In this document: piece by piece, positions 22,105 through 32,986 of the stretch
Position numbering within the stretch: the first letter of the stretch is position 1
Layout of the letters: each line of letters opens with the position of its first letter
Source of the DNA: a virus
Taxonomy: Duplodnaviria > Caudoviricetes
Length of the DNA: 36,290 nt
Virus record (IMG/VR): IMGVR_UViG_3300017747_001556
Location: 1-36,290 of that record
Direction: 5' to 3' (one strand)
The notes under the pieces: model-generated
Seen by the model: the letters and a program-made list of their open reading frames with translations, nothing else
What the model was told of the DNA's origin: nothing
Database searches by the model: none
Made by a program: the position numbers and the translations under genes

Positions 22105-22997
22105 TGATAAAAGCAAAGTCAACAAAAAGCAATAGGAATATCATAGTCACGGATTGTGATTTGAAGCAAAAATTCCTGTTAATCTCGGATGTGCATTTTG
22201 ACAATCCAAAGTGTAAGAGGGATGTTCTGAAAAGGCATTTAGATTACGCAAGAGCTAATGATATGAAGGTCGCTATTAACGGTGACTTTTTCTGTTTAAT
22301 GCAGGGTAAGTACGATCCTCGTAGGTCTAAGAAGGATATTATGCCTGAGCATAACAGCTACAACTACTTAGACTTGGTTATACAAGAGTCTGTGGATTGG
22401 TGGAGTCAATATGCCGACATGATTATTTTCATTGGGTATGGAAATCATGAAACTGCTATTATCAAGAACACAGAGACTGACCCATTGGTTCGCTTTGTTG
22501 ACCTTATGAACTACAAGAACAAGACTAACATTTTGACTGGTGGTTACGGAGGTTGGTGGATAATGAGAATGTATAAAAAGGCTGGTTCTGAAGTACTTTC
22601 AACATTTAAGATTAAGTACTTCCATGGATCTGGAGGTGGTGGAGAGGTAACTAAGGGTGTGATTCAGAACAATCGTATGTCTGTCCGTACAGAAGGTGCT
22701 GATTGTACTTGGCAAGGTCATGTGCATGAACTTTACCATGTAATTGATTCTAAGGAGTATATTCAATTTCACTCAGTTAAAGGTTATTCTGTTGAACATA
22801 AGTACCTACATCATATCCGTACAGCCTGTTATAAAGAAGAATATGAGGATGGATTTGGTGGTTATCATATCGAGAAAGGAAGACCTCCCAAACCAATTGG
22901 AGGTTACATTTTGTCATTTGAATATGACAATAATAGACATGATGGTATTAGGGAATATAATTTGATACCTCACTTTGAACAAATTAGGGATAAATAA
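22104..22997 (+). CDS. Calcineurin-like metallophosphoesterase
   Basis: SDVHFD, NGDFF, GNHE, FHG, GHVHE motifs. Confidence 0.9.
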   Translation: MIKAKSTKSNRNIIVTDCDLKQKFLLISDVHFDNPKCKRDVLKRHLDYARANDMKVAINGDFFCLMQGKYDPRRSKKDIMPEHNSYNYLDLVIQESVDWWSQYADMIIFIGYGNHETAIIKNTETDPLVRFVDLMNYKNKTNILTGGYGGWWIMRMYKKAGSEVLSTFKIKYFHGSGGGGEVTKGVIQNNRMSVRTEGADCTWQGHVHELYHVIDSKEYIQFHSVKGYSVEHKYLHHIRTACYKEEYEDGFGGYHIEKGRPPKPIGGYILSFEYDNNRHDGIREYNLIPHFEQIRDK

Positions 22998-23157
22998 CAA
23001 AGGGACCACCGTTGTGATCCCTGAGTCAAACAAAAAACAAAAAACAAAGTAGGCATTACAAAGTTAGGTTTTAATATACCCGATATTATGTATAATTTTG
23101 AGTTTTTTTTAGTAGGCTTTGCTAGTGGGTATCTAGCTAAATTAATTATAGAAAAGT

Positions 23158-23871
23158 ATGGAAATAACAAAACAAGAAGCAGAAAGTTTAAGACCACCAA
23201 GGGGAAGAGTAATCATCGAAGTCCCAAATATTATTTCTGAGGATGTCAAGCTTGGTGATGCGACAATTAGGGTACGTTCAATCAGTGATGAGGCTCGTGT
23301 TGACATGGGTTCTCGCTCCGGTACTGTTCACGCTATCTCACCTTATGCTGATATTCCTGCTCTTTGCTATACTTGGGATGGTCCAGTAGAGATTGAGAAA
23401 GGAGACTTTGTTTACTTCTCACATGATGCTATTGCTAAGGCAGCTACTGTTCAAAGGGATGAGGCTTATTACTACACCTTTGATGATGAAGGTAAAACAA
23501 GATGTTTATTGGTTGTCCCTTACAAGGAGATTATTCTTTGCATCAGAAAGGATGAGGTTATATCACTGAACGATTATGTTATGGTGAAAAGAAGGATGAA
23601 GCCAAAGCCTGCGTTCTTGGACTATATGCCTGATGAGCATGAGCCTGGAGTGTTTGAAATTGTCTACGCTCCGACAGGGAATATTGTATATGACTGGAGA
23701 GAGAATTACTTAAAGTCAAACTGGAAGAAGACTCCTGTGAAGCGTGGAATGATTGTTAAGGCTAAGTCTGACAAGCCTGTGAAGTTGGAGTTTAAGTATA
23801 ACCAATTAATTGCTGAGGATTTGTATTATATACAAAGTCATAGTATTTTTGCTGAAGTAGATGGACAGTAA
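23158..23871 (+). CDS. Tandem GroES-like domain protein
   Basis: LRPPRGRVIIEV..SGTVHAISP..IEKGDFVYF..VPYKEII, then a second repeat SLNDYVMVK..VKRGMIV..YIQSHSIFA. Confidence 0.6.
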   Translation: MEITKQEAESLRPPRGRVIIEVPNIISEDVKLGDATIRVRSISDEARVDMGSRSGTVHAISPYADIPALCYTWDGPVEIEKGDFVYFSHDAIAKAATVQRDEAYYYTFDDEGKTRCLLVVPYKEIILCIRKDEVISLNDYVMVKRRMKPKPAFLDYMPDEHEPGVFEIVYAPTGNIVYDWRENYLKSNWKKTPVKRGMIVKAKSDKPVKLEFKYNQLIAEDLYYIQSHSIFAEVDGQ

Positions 23872-24532
23872 GGCGTATCAAAAAATAAAGTATAGGATTG
23901 ACAAGGTATCTGCTTCTGATCAAGTGATATTCAAGTTCCCTGATCTAATGCAGTTCGCTAACATCTTTGCTAGTGAGAATGGGCTACCTAGCAATTTGAC
24001 GGCTGACTTTGTTATGCGGTATATCATATTGATGTACAGCCCTGGAAGTCCTGGTATTGAAATCTACCCAATGCTATCCAAGAGAAAGACTTGGGCGTTG
24101 AAAGAGTTGGGAGTTAATCCTCATATTGACGGATCATTCCCAACGGAATACAACGAATTGCTATTAAATAAGAATCAAGCTTGCAGAGCTAAAATAGTCC
24201 TCTTCCTTAGGCTTCAACAGCCTGAGGATTGGGCTATTATGATGCGTGCAGAGGAAATGCTTTATGACCTTCTATCGTTGGACTTCCCTGAAGACCCAAC
24301 TGACCAGAAGAACCACATCTCAAACATTGAGTCACTTAGAAAGCAGCTATCTGAATCTAGGGAAAGATTCATGCAGGGTGAGGTGTCAAAGGCATTAGAG
24401 AATGAAATAACCAAGTTCTTAGCTCAAGATAACTTAGGGATACGTCCAGAGGAGTATATGATGTTTGCTCCAAAGGGTGTTTCTCCAGGTAAGGCTAAGG
24501 GCGATCAAATGTTCCCCGAAGTTGGCAACTAA
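23861..24532 (+). CDS. Hypothetical helical protein, candidate terminase small subunit by position
   Basis: Immediately upstream of and overlapping TerL; no motif recognised. Confidence 0.5.
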   Translation: MDSKAYQKIKYRIDKVSASDQVIFKFPDLMQFANIFASENGLPSNLTADFVMRYIILMYSPGSPGIEIYPMLSKRKTWALKELGVNPHIDGSFPTEYNELLLNKNQACRAKIVLFLRLQQPEDWAIMMRAEEMLYDLLSLDFPEDPTDQKNHISNIESLRKQLSESRERFMQGEVSKALENEITKFLAQDNLGIRPEEYMMFAPKGVSPGKAKGDQMFPEVGN

Positions 24533-26900
24533 TTCTAAATACCATGAAATATATCAAAAGGAAGATCTTGTGGCTATATACCACAATGATGATCCAGTCC
24601 TTAAGACTATCGAGATACCTCTGCCGAGCGTAGAGAGTTTTTATGGTAAGTCATGGGATGAGGCTGTGAAGTTGATAGACGGATACGGACTGCATCCAAA
24701 GAACCAACGCTTTCAGCATCAGAAGGTCCCTGATAAGTTGGCTAACATACAGGAATTGATCCGTAAAAAAATGAGGCTCAAAAAAAGAGAGGTTGTGAGC
24801 CAGAGTGATATTTATGAGGAGCTTGAAAGTAATAGGCTTGAATACAAGGAGGAGATTGAGTGGATTCAATTACAGATTAAGAGAAGGTATCAAGGATATT
24901 GGTTTTTTAATAATGGGAAGCCTACCTATATTGACGGTTGGCATTATGTTTACTTAAACTTTTGGGACATTCAAAATGAGACTAGACAAGATAGTTTACC
25001 TTGGTATCGTGACCTTGATCGTAGGATTTTTCTATTTGCTCGCTATTGCTATACTACTACTGAGGCTGTTTACAAATATCGTGTTACATTTAGGACGCAG
25101 GGTGAGATTAAGACGAAGTATTTCCAACGTGTAAAGAACGCAGAAGAGTTTGCGGCTAAATATCCTGCCGCATATATTGACGAAGGGGCTTATGTTGTTG
25201 ACATGGGATATAGAACCTGCTACGGATATATCTTCCCTAAGAGAAGACGTATCGGGGCAACATCTCAGGCTGCTTGTATGCTGTACTGTATCGTGACTGA
25301 GCATAAACAGCAGAAGGGTGGTATTCAGAGTATCACGGAGACTCAGGCTAAGAATGACGTTTACATTGATAAGATTGTAAAGCCATGGCGTAAGATACCA
25401 TTCTTCTTGAAGCCATCTCATGATGGTACTGACTTCCCGAAGGAGAAACTTTCATTCTCCTACTCAGCTTCAAGAGCGCAAGGGGCTACGCATAATCGTG
25501 CGCCATCACATGACGGATGGATTGAGGCTCGTGCATCTTCAGAAAGGTCTTTTGACGGACAGAAGCTTCACGCATATTTGGATGACGAGGGTGGTAAGCA
25601 CGGAGATAGCGGAGTATCAATCCCAAGAAGATGGCAGGACGTTGTTCGTAAGTGTCTATCACAGGGTTTGCGTATCAACGGACTTGGTATGTTTACATCC
25701 ACGCTTGGTGAATTTGAGGCAGGTGGTGGTAAGGAATTTTTTGATCTAATTAAATCTTCATATTACGATGAGCGAAACGAAAACGGATTTACAACTTCAG
25801 GGCTATTTACGCTATTCATCCCAGCATACGATGGGTACGATGAGTGCGTGGATGAGTACGGACTCTCAATCATTGAAGACCCAGCCGAACCTGTACGAAA
25901 CTTGGAAGGTAACATTGTTACAAGAGGAGCGAAAACAATCTTGATGAACACTCGTAAAGACCTTGAAGAGAAAGGGCTTGATTTACGATTAAATGGAGAG
26001 ATTCGAGATAACCCTTGGACATTGCAAGAAGCTGCGTCTAAGGCATCTAAGAATAGCAATTTCGACCTATCTATTCTACGCACTAGAATAAATCAGTTGA
26101 AGTTCGATAGGATATTTAGAACAAGAACTGTTTCATTAAGTTGGAAAGGAGCATTTGGTAGTGAGGTTGTTGTCAGTGATGATCCAGAGGGTAAGTTCGT
26201 TGTATCTTATTTACCTGCCATGGAACATAGGAATAAGAAGTTATTTGACTCAGCTAAGAACCAGTGGATGCCTTCTCCAGATGTAGCAAATAAGTATATC
26301 TTAGGATGTGACCCATTTAAGTTTGGGAACCGAGATGTAAAGGGTAGAAGGAAATCTAACGGAGGTGGTGCTATGTTCTACAAGCACGATCCTTCAGTAG
26401 ATTCTCAGGAAAAGCCGATCGACCAATGGATTTCAAATAAGTTTGTTGTCACCTACAATACTCGTGTTGACGATGGTAACACTTATTGTGAGGATATGTT
26501 GAAGCTTGCTCTATTATTTGGAGCGCACGTCTATCCTGAAAGAAACGTACCTATCGTCATTGAAAAGTTTAGGGACTGGGGATATGAAGGTTATTTGCTT
26601 TCCGATATTGACGCTAATGGTAAGTTGGCTACTGCTCCAGGACGATATACTGGAGAGGCTGATAAGGAGCAGATATTTACTGAGTTTATGAACTACATCA
26701 AGGTATTTGGAAGAAGTGATAACCATTTGGAAATGCTTGAGGAGTGTTTGGAGATTAATGACCCTACAGAGATGACCAATTATGACTTGTTTGCCGCAGG
26801 TGGAATGGCATTGCTTGGCTCGAAATCCGCACTACCAAAGTATATGCAGGAGATGAACGAGGTTAGAACGATGAATGACTTGTTAGAATTTTTTGATTAA
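24522..26900 (+). CDS. terL: Terminase large subunit (crAss-like type); start uncertain (TTG 24465 or 24522)
   Basis: GYWFFNNGKPTYIDGWHYVYLNF, PKRRRIGATS (Walker A region), YLDDEGGK (Walker B), FIPAY, nuclease LGCDPF, ERN, and C-terminal YDL. Confidence 0.92.
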   Translation: MATNSKYHEIYQKEDLVAIYHNDDPVLKTIEIPLPSVESFYGKSWDEAVKLIDGYGLHPKNQRFQHQKVPDKLANIQELIRKKMRLKKREVVSQSDIYEELESNRLEYKEEIEWIQLQIKRRYQGYWFFNNGKPTYIDGWHYVYLNFWDIQNETRQDSLPWYRDLDRRIFLFARYCYTTTEAVYKYRVTFRTQGEIKTKYFQRVKNAEEFAAKYPAAYIDEGAYVVDMGYRTCYGYIFPKRRRIGATSQAACMLYCIVTEHKQQKGGIQSITETQAKNDVYIDKIVKPWRKIPFFLKPSHDGTDFPKEKLSFSYSASRAQGATHNRAPSHDGWIEARASSERSFDGQKLHAYLDDEGGKHGDSGVSIPRRWQDVVRKCLSQGLRINGLGMFTSTLGEFEAGGGKEFFDLIKSSYYDERNENGFTTSGLFTLFIPAYDGYDECVDEYGLSIIEDPAEPVRNLEGNIVTRGAKTILMNTRKDLEEKGLDLRLNGEIRDNPWTLQEAASKASKNSNFDLSILRTRINQLKFDRIFRTRTVSLSWKGAFGSEVVVSDDPEGKFVVSYLPAMEHRNKKLFDSAKNQWMPSPDVANKYILGCDPFKFGNRDVKGRRKSNGGGAMFYKHDPSVDSQEKPIDQWISNKFVVTYNTRVDDGNTYCEDMLKLALLFGAHVYPERNVPIVIEKFRDWGYEGYLLSDIDANGKLATAPGRYTGEADKEQIFTEFMNYIKVFGRSDNHLEMLEECLEINDPTEMTNYDLFAAGGMALLGSKSALPKYMQEMNEVRTMNDLLEFFD

Positions 26901-26933
26901 TTTGTTTCATATTAGGGACATTTTTTATATTTG
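26901..26933 (+). promoter_or_regulatory. Host-sigma promoter before the portal gene
   Basis: TTTG-N21-TATATTTG, 6 nt before the ATG at 26940. Confidence 0.75.
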
Positions 26934-26939
26934 CATTTG

Positions 26940-29246
26940 ATGTTGAAGTTTACGCCAATTATCTCATTCCCTTCTGATAGGATTCCTAAGGAAGAGAAAA
27001 ACTCTTTGAGTTACATTACACAGGTAGCTCAAGCAATATATTCTCGTTGGTATAACGGAAGAACATTGTATGGTCAGACGGCTACTGGATGGTTCCAAAT
27101 GATGACTGACTATGGTGAGGGAAGGCAAAGTTCTGCTCCATACCGTGACTGGTTCTTGGGTGTGCAGAATGATAAGAACTCTCCAGTTAACAGAATGACT
27201 CAATATGCTCGTAAGGCATATACCAATGTCAATTACGAGATTGTAAGCCCTGCTCCAAAGTATCTTGCTGTAATTAAGTCTGTTCTATCTGCATCTGATT
27301 TCAAGGTTAAATGCGAGTCTCTTACCCCAACTTCTCAGTTTGAAAAGCAGAAGAAAAAGTGGAGAATGTATTACGAAGATAAGGTGCTTAACCCAATCAG
27401 AGAGCAAGTAGGTATTCCAAAGGTTACACTTCCATGGACTCCTCAAGATGAGTCTGAACTTGATATGTATGAAAAGTATCAAGGATTTAAGTTGCCTCTT
27501 GAAAATGCTATGGAAGACATAGCTAAACACGCATTTGATATTAGTGACTGGGATAAGATTCGTTTAAAGACTATTGACGGTTTAGCTCAAACCAACTTTG
27601 CTGTTGGTCAAGTTTATGTTGATAAGGATGGTGTTACAAGGGCGAGGTATATTAACCCTGCGTCATTTGTAACTGCATATATTGATGAGGATGAAGAAGG
27701 TGAACCATCATTTGCTGGTCATATACAACGTGTTCGTATTGGTGACATTAAAGATAAGTTGTTGGCTCTTGGCGCACAGCCTCAAGAAATTGAAGGGTTG
27801 GCAAGAATATTCTACGAAACTCAAGGCTACACTGATAAGGATTTTAATTTCAATAGAAAGGATCCTGTAACTGGAAGATATGTTTGGGAAGACTTCTCTG
27901 TTGATGTACTTCACTTTGAGTATCGTGCTAATGACTATGAATACTTTACTAAGCGTCAAACTAAGGATGGTAAGATTGTTTACCAAGATGAAGAGTTTGG
28001 TGTGACTAAGAAGCCTTACGCAGACGGAAGATTGCGTCAGACTGATGTTACTTGTATTCAGAATGTTTACGAAGGTAAATATATTTTAGGATCTAAGTTT
28101 GTTTATGACTTTGGATTGCAAAAGAATATCATGAGAGACTCTCGTGGTAATGCAGTTCTTTCATATTACTTTGAGCGTGTCCCAGGAAAGTCTATCGTTG
28201 AAAGATGGAAACCACACTTGGACTCATTGATGCTTACTTGGATTAAGTTGCAGGCTGCTAAGTGGGCTGCTGCTCCAAAGGGTATCGTTGTTGATATTGG
28301 ATTGCTTGCTAATATGGACTTAGGAATGGGTGCAATGTCTCCTTTAGATATTGTTCGTATCCGTAGACAGACTGGTAATCAGTTCATCAACTCCAAGACT
28401 GACATATTGAATAAGGGTGGTAATATGCCTATCGCAGAGCTACCAGGTGGTATCGGTCCTCAATTAGAGGAGTGGTTGACTTGTTGGCAGGATGATATGA
28501 ATAGAATCATGGACTTGGCTGGTATCACTCCAACCATGGCTGCTATGCCTACTACTCCTTCTGAGAAAGGTTTGGGCATTAGCGAAATGGAAGTAGATGC
28601 CACTAACCACGCTCTATTCCCTTTGAAGAAGGCTATCATGAGATTGAAGGAGAAGGCTGCTAAGAAGGCTATCCTAAAGACTCGTACCAATATGAGATTT
28701 GACAAAGAGGTTCGTAAATATTATTTGCAGCTTCTAGGAGAGGAGAAGACTAACGCATTGGATGCATTTGAGGACTTGACATTGGAGCAGATTGGAATTA
28801 AATTAGTTTCAACTCCAACCAATACTCGTAAGAATCAAATTCTTCAAGCTGCGTTACAATCTATGCAAGCTGGAAAGAATGGAGTTATTGGAATCACTCT
28901 TTCTGATTACTTGTTTATTGAGAAGGAGTTGGAGAATGATAACGATGAGTTTGCTGCTTGGTATATGACTGTTGCTGAGGAACGTCAGCGTAAGATTAAG
29001 ATGGAGGAGGCTATGCAGCAACAGCAACAAAATGCTCAGTTACAAGCTCAGGCTGCTCAACAAGCGTCTGAAGCTAAAGCTGCCGCACAACAAGCTCTTG
29101 AGCAAATGAAGCAGGCTACTATGATGACTGAGTATCAGCAGAAGGCTTTGCTTGAAGAAATTAAGCATAATCATAGAATGGCAGAGCTTGCACAAGAAGG
29201 GCAACTTGAGAAGCAGAAGGATGTCGAGATTTCGGGGAACTTATAA
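26940..29246 (+). CDS. Portal protein
   Basis: About 770 aa directly after TerL; YEGKYILG, KSIVERWKP, IMDLAGIT, and a Q/A-rich C-terminal coiled coil (barrel). Confidence 0.88.
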   Translation: MLKFTPIISFPSDRIPKEEKNSLSYITQVAQAIYSRWYNGRTLYGQTATGWFQMMTDYGEGRQSSAPYRDWFLGVQNDKNSPVNRMTQYARKAYTNVNYEIVSPAPKYLAVIKSVLSASDFKVKCESLTPTSQFEKQKKKWRMYYEDKVLNPIREQVGIPKVTLPWTPQDESELDMYEKYQGFKLPLENAMEDIAKHAFDISDWDKIRLKTIDGLAQTNFAVGQVYVDKDGVTRARYINPASFVTAYIDEDEEGEPSFAGHIQRVRIGDIKDKLLALGAQPQEIEGLARIFYETQGYTDKDFNFNRKDPVTGRYVWEDFSVDVLHFEYRANDYEYFTKRQTKDGKIVYQDEEFGVTKKPYADGRLRQTDVTCIQNVYEGKYILGSKFVYDFGLQKNIMRDSRGNAVLSYYFERVPGKSIVERWKPHLDSLMLTWIKLQAAKWAAAPKGIVVDIGLLANMDLGMGAMSPLDIVRIRRQTGNQFINSKTDILNKGGNMPIAELPGGIGPQLEEWLTCWQDDMNRIMDLAGITPTMAAMPTTPSEKGLGISEMEVDATNHALFPLKKAIMRLKEKAAKKAILKTRTNMRFDKEVRKYYLQLLGEEKTNALDAFEDLTLEQIGIKLVSTPTNTRKNQILQAALQSMQAGKNGVIGITLSDYLFIEKELENDNDEFAAWYMTVAEERQRKIKMEEAMQQQQQNAQLQAQAAQQASEAKAAAQQALEQMKQATMMTEYQQKALLEEIKHNHRMAELAQEGQLEKQKDVEISGNL

Positions 29247-29266
29247 AAACAAAAAATAAATAGGCT

Positions 29267-30451
29267 ATGGAAAATAATGATTTAATTATCCCTGCGGATT
29301 TGCAGGCGAGAGCAATGGTTGATGGTTGGTCAGACAGTCAACTTAGAGATGAGGCAATGAAACTAGAGGTGAACAATCAACCTCCACCAATTGACACTGG
29401 TGTTGTAGATCTTGAAGCGCCAGTTGCTCAAGTTAGTGCTGATGAAATCAATCAGCTAACAGGAAATGATAGTAACCCTATCCCTCCTGTTGAATCCAAT
29501 CCAGCTCCATCAGGTTTAAACTTAGAAGAGTTTGGTGTTTCTAGTTACGAAGAGTTAAAGGCTATCGTAAATAAGGCTAAGGAATATGAACCAATCGTTG
29601 AGAAGTATAAGCAGTATGACCCAATCATGCCTTACCTTAATGATGTTCAAAATCCTTTTGCTAATGATACAATCAACCGCTTAAATAACTTTGTTAAGAA
29701 CACAGGTATTAGCGACTTGAGTATTGCATCTACAATTCTTGCTACAAGCAACGATGAGTTGAAAGCCAACCCTGTAAAGGCAATGGCTATCATGGAAGTA
29801 TTGAATGACCCAGACTTGGCTAACCTTGGTTTGAATAATTTGATGCAATACGTTGCAGATAAAAACAACATTGATGTTGATTCAACTTACGATTCATTGG
29901 ATGATATGCCAGTGAAAATGCGTGTAGAATTGCAGAAAACGCTAAAAAGTATTGAAAACAAGCGTCAAGAGTTTGATACAAAACAAGATTACTTTGGATA
30001 TTTGCAAAACCAAAGAACCCAACAGGAGCAGGTGATGGCTCAAAGAATGGCTACTTGGGACAATGTCTTAAATGACATGGGGTCTAAAGTTAAATCCATT
30101 CCTGTTAAGGTCGAACTCGAAAACATCGGGGAGGTAACTTTAGATTATGCGGTAAGCAAAGAAGATCTAAATAAGTTGATGCCTGATGTTCGAGCTATAG
30201 TTGGAAGCTTAAATCCTGACGAGGATGGCATAAGTACGGTTATGAAGGTTCTAGAAAACCGGGTATGGTTAGATAATAGAACTAAAATTATCAAAGAAGC
30301 TATCAAGACTGCTGAAGGGAGAATCCGTGAAGCAGAGGTACAGAGAGTACATAATGGTGGTTCAGTGGTAAATCGTACAGACGCTCCTTCCAGCGGACCA
30401 AAGACAAGTCCTCACCTAGAAGCTACTAAGGCGTACTTAGGTATAAAATAA
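29267..30451 (+). CDS. Putative capsid scaffolding/assembly protein
   Basis: Acidic disordered N-terminus, helical and coiled-coil body, located between portal and MCP. Confidence 0.65.
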   Translation: MENNDLIIPADLQARAMVDGWSDSQLRDEAMKLEVNNQPPPIDTGVVDLEAPVAQVSADEINQLTGNDSNPIPPVESNPAPSGLNLEEFGVSSYEELKAIVNKAKEYEPIVEKYKQYDPIMPYLNDVQNPFANDTINRLNNFVKNTGISDLSIASTILATSNDELKANPVKAMAIMEVLNDPDLANLGLNNLMQYVADKNNIDVDSTYDSLDDMPVKMRVELQKTLKSIENKRQEFDTKQDYFGYLQNQRTQQEQVMAQRMATWDNVLNDMGSKVKSIPVKVELENIGEVTLDYAVSKEDLNKLMPDVRAIVGSLNPDEDGISTVMKVLENRVWLDNRTKIIKEAIKTAEGRIREAEVQRVHNGGSVVNRTDAPSSGPKTSPHLEATKAYLGIK

Positions 30452-30478
30452 AAAAAATAACTTTAAAAATTAAAAAAA

Positions 30479-31915
30479 ATGGCTTACCCAGATTATAATT
30501 CAGCCGCTTTACCCCAGGGGTATGGAGCTGCTTCTGCCGGTGTAAATTCAACCGGTTATGCGCAACACGGAATCCTTTCGTCTATTGACGCTCTTCCTCC
30601 AGATGTTTCTACTAAATTGTTTAAGCGTTTCGGTGGTCAAGGTTTGGACATCTTGAATCTTTTGATTGCTCAAGGTGCTAAGCGTGTTGTTAACAACTCT
30701 AATGGTTCTTTCCACTTTGAAGAGGATCGTTACAATCAATCAATGCCCTACTCTGGTGTTTCAAATGGTGGTACTTCAACTCCTACCTTCACTATTTCAG
30801 GTTCTCAAGTTAATAATGATAAACCATTCTTAGTTGCAGGTGACGTGTTGATGAATATGAATGACATGACAACTCGATATAGAGTGACAAGTACTACTCC
30901 TAATGTAGCGCCAAATACCTATACTGTTTTGACTTCTAAAATTGGTACTGGAACTCCAGATGCAACAGGTAATTTGGTTGTTTACACTAGTTCTTTCAAT
31001 GAAGATACTATACAGCCAGATGCTAAGGCTACTTACTGGTCTCGTTTCTATGCTCCAATGCAACGTCACAAGACTACAGCTAAGATCACTGGTGATGCTT
31101 TGACTGACAAGATTTATCCTGTTATGATGGATGATGGCAAGACTTTGAAAGGTTTCCACTCACATTTATTTGCACAACACGAATATCGTCACTTGTTAGG
31201 ATTGGTTGGTGCTATGATTTTGGGTCAAGGTAATCCAAATCCTGCTACTAATCCTCGTACTAGTGCTATGAACGATAGTAATTACGCTCAGGGTATGGTT
31301 GAAACTTTCCAAAATCGTGCAGTTACTGAACAATGGAACGCTGTTGGAGGATTTGAAATTTCTGATATTTACAACTTGATTGCTGGATTAAAGGCTAATT
31401 GGACTGGAAATGATTTAATGGCATTGTTCTGTAAAGAATTGTATCAATCATTTGAACAAGAGATTGGAACTACTGGTTTGTTGCAAAACGCTAACATTGC
31501 TTCTACTCGTCAAGAGTCTGCTAAAGTAATCTTTGGTGACAATCAAGACTTTGAAACAATGATGTCTACTTTCGCTTTCTCTACCTTGACTTTGAACGGT
31601 AAGAATTTGAATGTTAAGTCATTTGACTTGTCTTATGATCCTACTTTGTTTGGAGCTGGTGGTACTAACGATTTCACTAAGATGGGATTTGTTATGCCTG
31701 CTGAAAAACAAGCTGATGCTTCTGGTTTGTTGCGTAACACAGTTGAGTTGATCTACAAGTCAATGGACGGTGAAGATCGTTTCATGAAGGTTTGGGATGA
31801 TGGAGCTGCTTCTCCTCGTCGTCTTGGACCAAATGATAACTATGTAATCTACATGTTGACTCACTTCGGTTTCGACTGGTTTAAGATTGAGCAGTGCGGA
31901 CTTTTGTACGCATAA
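30479..31915 (+). CDS. Major capsid protein
   Basis: 478 aa, position, strongly biased codon usage, following strong terminator; FHFEED, HKTTAKITGDA and C-terminal LTHFG segments are compatible with an HK97-fold crAss-like MCP. Confidence 0.85.
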   Translation: MAYPDYNSAALPQGYGAASAGVNSTGYAQHGILSSIDALPPDVSTKLFKRFGGQGLDILNLLIAQGAKRVVNNSNGSFHFEEDRYNQSMPYSGVSNGGTSTPTFTISGSQVNNDKPFLVAGDVLMNMNDMTTRYRVTSTTPNVAPNTYTVLTSKIGTGTPDATGNLVVYTSSFNEDTIQPDAKATYWSRFYAPMQRHKTTAKITGDALTDKIYPVMMDDGKTLKGFHSHLFAQHEYRHLLGLVGAMILGQGNPNPATNPRTSAMNDSNYAQGMVETFQNRAVTEQWNAVGGFEISDIYNLIAGLKANWTGNDLMALFCKELYQSFEQEIGTTGLLQNANIASTRQESAKVIFGDNQDFETMMSTFAFSTLTLNGKNLNVKSFDLSYDPTLFGAGGTNDFTKMGFVMPAEKQADASGLLRNTVELIYKSMDGEDRFMKVWDDGAASPRRLGPNDNYVIYMLTHFGFDWFKIEQCGLLYA

Positions 31916-31928
31916 TCAATAAATAATT

Positions 31929-31961
31929 AAAAGAGTAGGGGAGAAATCCCCTATTCTTTTT
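31929..31961 (+). terminator. Intrinsic terminator after MCP, abutting a TATATTTG -7 element (31961-31968)
   Basis: AAAAGAGTAGGGGA-GAAA-TCCCCTATTCTTTTT. Confidence 0.85.
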
Positions 31962-31989
31962 ATATTTGTAAAACAAAAAAACAAAAAAT

Positions 31990-32934
31990 ATGATTTATAG
32001 AGATGGCATGCGCTTAGAGCGTGAAGATTTGCAAGAGCATATCGAAATACTAAAGCAAAAATTTCCCACATTCTTTAGAAAAGAAAATCCACTTCCTATT
32101 ACTATTGATTATCTACCTTCTCAAAAATTCTATGTTGAATTATTTAGACCAGGTGGAGATACTCAAGCTGGAAGAGTCTTAAAGGCTCCTCAACCAACTA
32201 ATGTGTTTTCAATAGGTTATGATTTAGATGGTGGATTCAGAACTGAAGTTAGATATTCGGAAGTGCCTCCAGTTATTAAAGGTAATGATTTAGTATGGAA
32301 ATCTAGTAAAATTAGTTTATACTCAGAAATGAGACTAAATCCGATTGTTGATTTAGAGAAATTAATATTTTTATGGTTTTATTCAGATAACTTTGCTAAT
32401 AATGACTGTCAAAACAAGCGTAAAAATACTCGTTTTGAGTTTATCATACCAGAGGTTCAAGTAGAATCTAAGTACGATAACATTAAGTATCGCAGACGTT
32501 TAGAGGATGAGATTTTGATTGAAGATACTCGTATATCTTACGATTCAATGAGATCTATTGCTAAGCTTATGGACATTGAATTGAGAGGTGAGGAGAAGGT
32601 TGACCGTGTTACATTCTTTGACAGTATTGTAAATGATCCTGCAAGGGTTAAGACTTATGACGCTATCAAGGGTAATCAAGTTCCCGAAAAGGGAACTACG
32701 GTTGACGAGGTTGTTAGTTTGACTAATGTAAAGAACTTGGTTGCTAATTTGGTTGACGGATTGAAGTTGTTTGAGGATGAAAGCGTCAATAAATGGAGAA
32801 TCAAGGGTCCTGGAAAGGCTAAATACCTTTGCGATGTAGATGGAGACTCAGAAGAGGCTAAAATGTTTAACCTTGTAGAGTACGTTTCTAACAATCCTGA
32901 AGCGTTTGAAATCGTTAAAGGGTTAGTGAAATAA
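31990..32934 (+). CDS. Conserved hypothetical protein following MCP (314 aa)
   Basis: Position equivalent to the post-MCP gene of crAss-like head modules; function not recognised. Confidence 0.7.
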   Translation: MIYRDGMRLEREDLQEHIEILKQKFPTFFRKENPLPITIDYLPSQKFYVELFRPGGDTQAGRVLKAPQPTNVFSIGYDLDGGFRTEVRYSEVPPVIKGNDLVWKSSKISLYSEMRLNPIVDLEKLIFLWFYSDNFANNDCQNKRKNTRFEFIIPEVQVESKYDNIKYRRRLEDEILIEDTRISYDSMRSIAKLMDIELRGEEKVDRVTFFDSIVNDPARVKTYDAIKGNQVPEKGTTVDEVVSLTNVKNLVANLVDGLKLFEDESVNKWRIKGPGKAKYLCDVDGDSEEAKMFNLVEYVSNNPEAFEIVKGLVK

Positions 32935-32953
32935 AAGTAATTAAAAAAGTCTT

Positions 32954-32986
32954 AAAAGGGGTTAGGTTTCTTAGCCCCTTTTTTTT
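32954..32986 (+). terminator. Intrinsic terminator, abutting TATTTTTG (32986-32993)
   Basis: AAAAGGGGTTAGG-TTT-CTTAGCCCC followed by T8. Confidence 0.85.

Noticed and set aside
24465-26900. Intein or intron in TerL or the primase-helicase
   Set aside because: No C...HN intein termini, LAGLIDADG motifs or frame breaks were seen; lengths are compatible with uninterrupted proteins.
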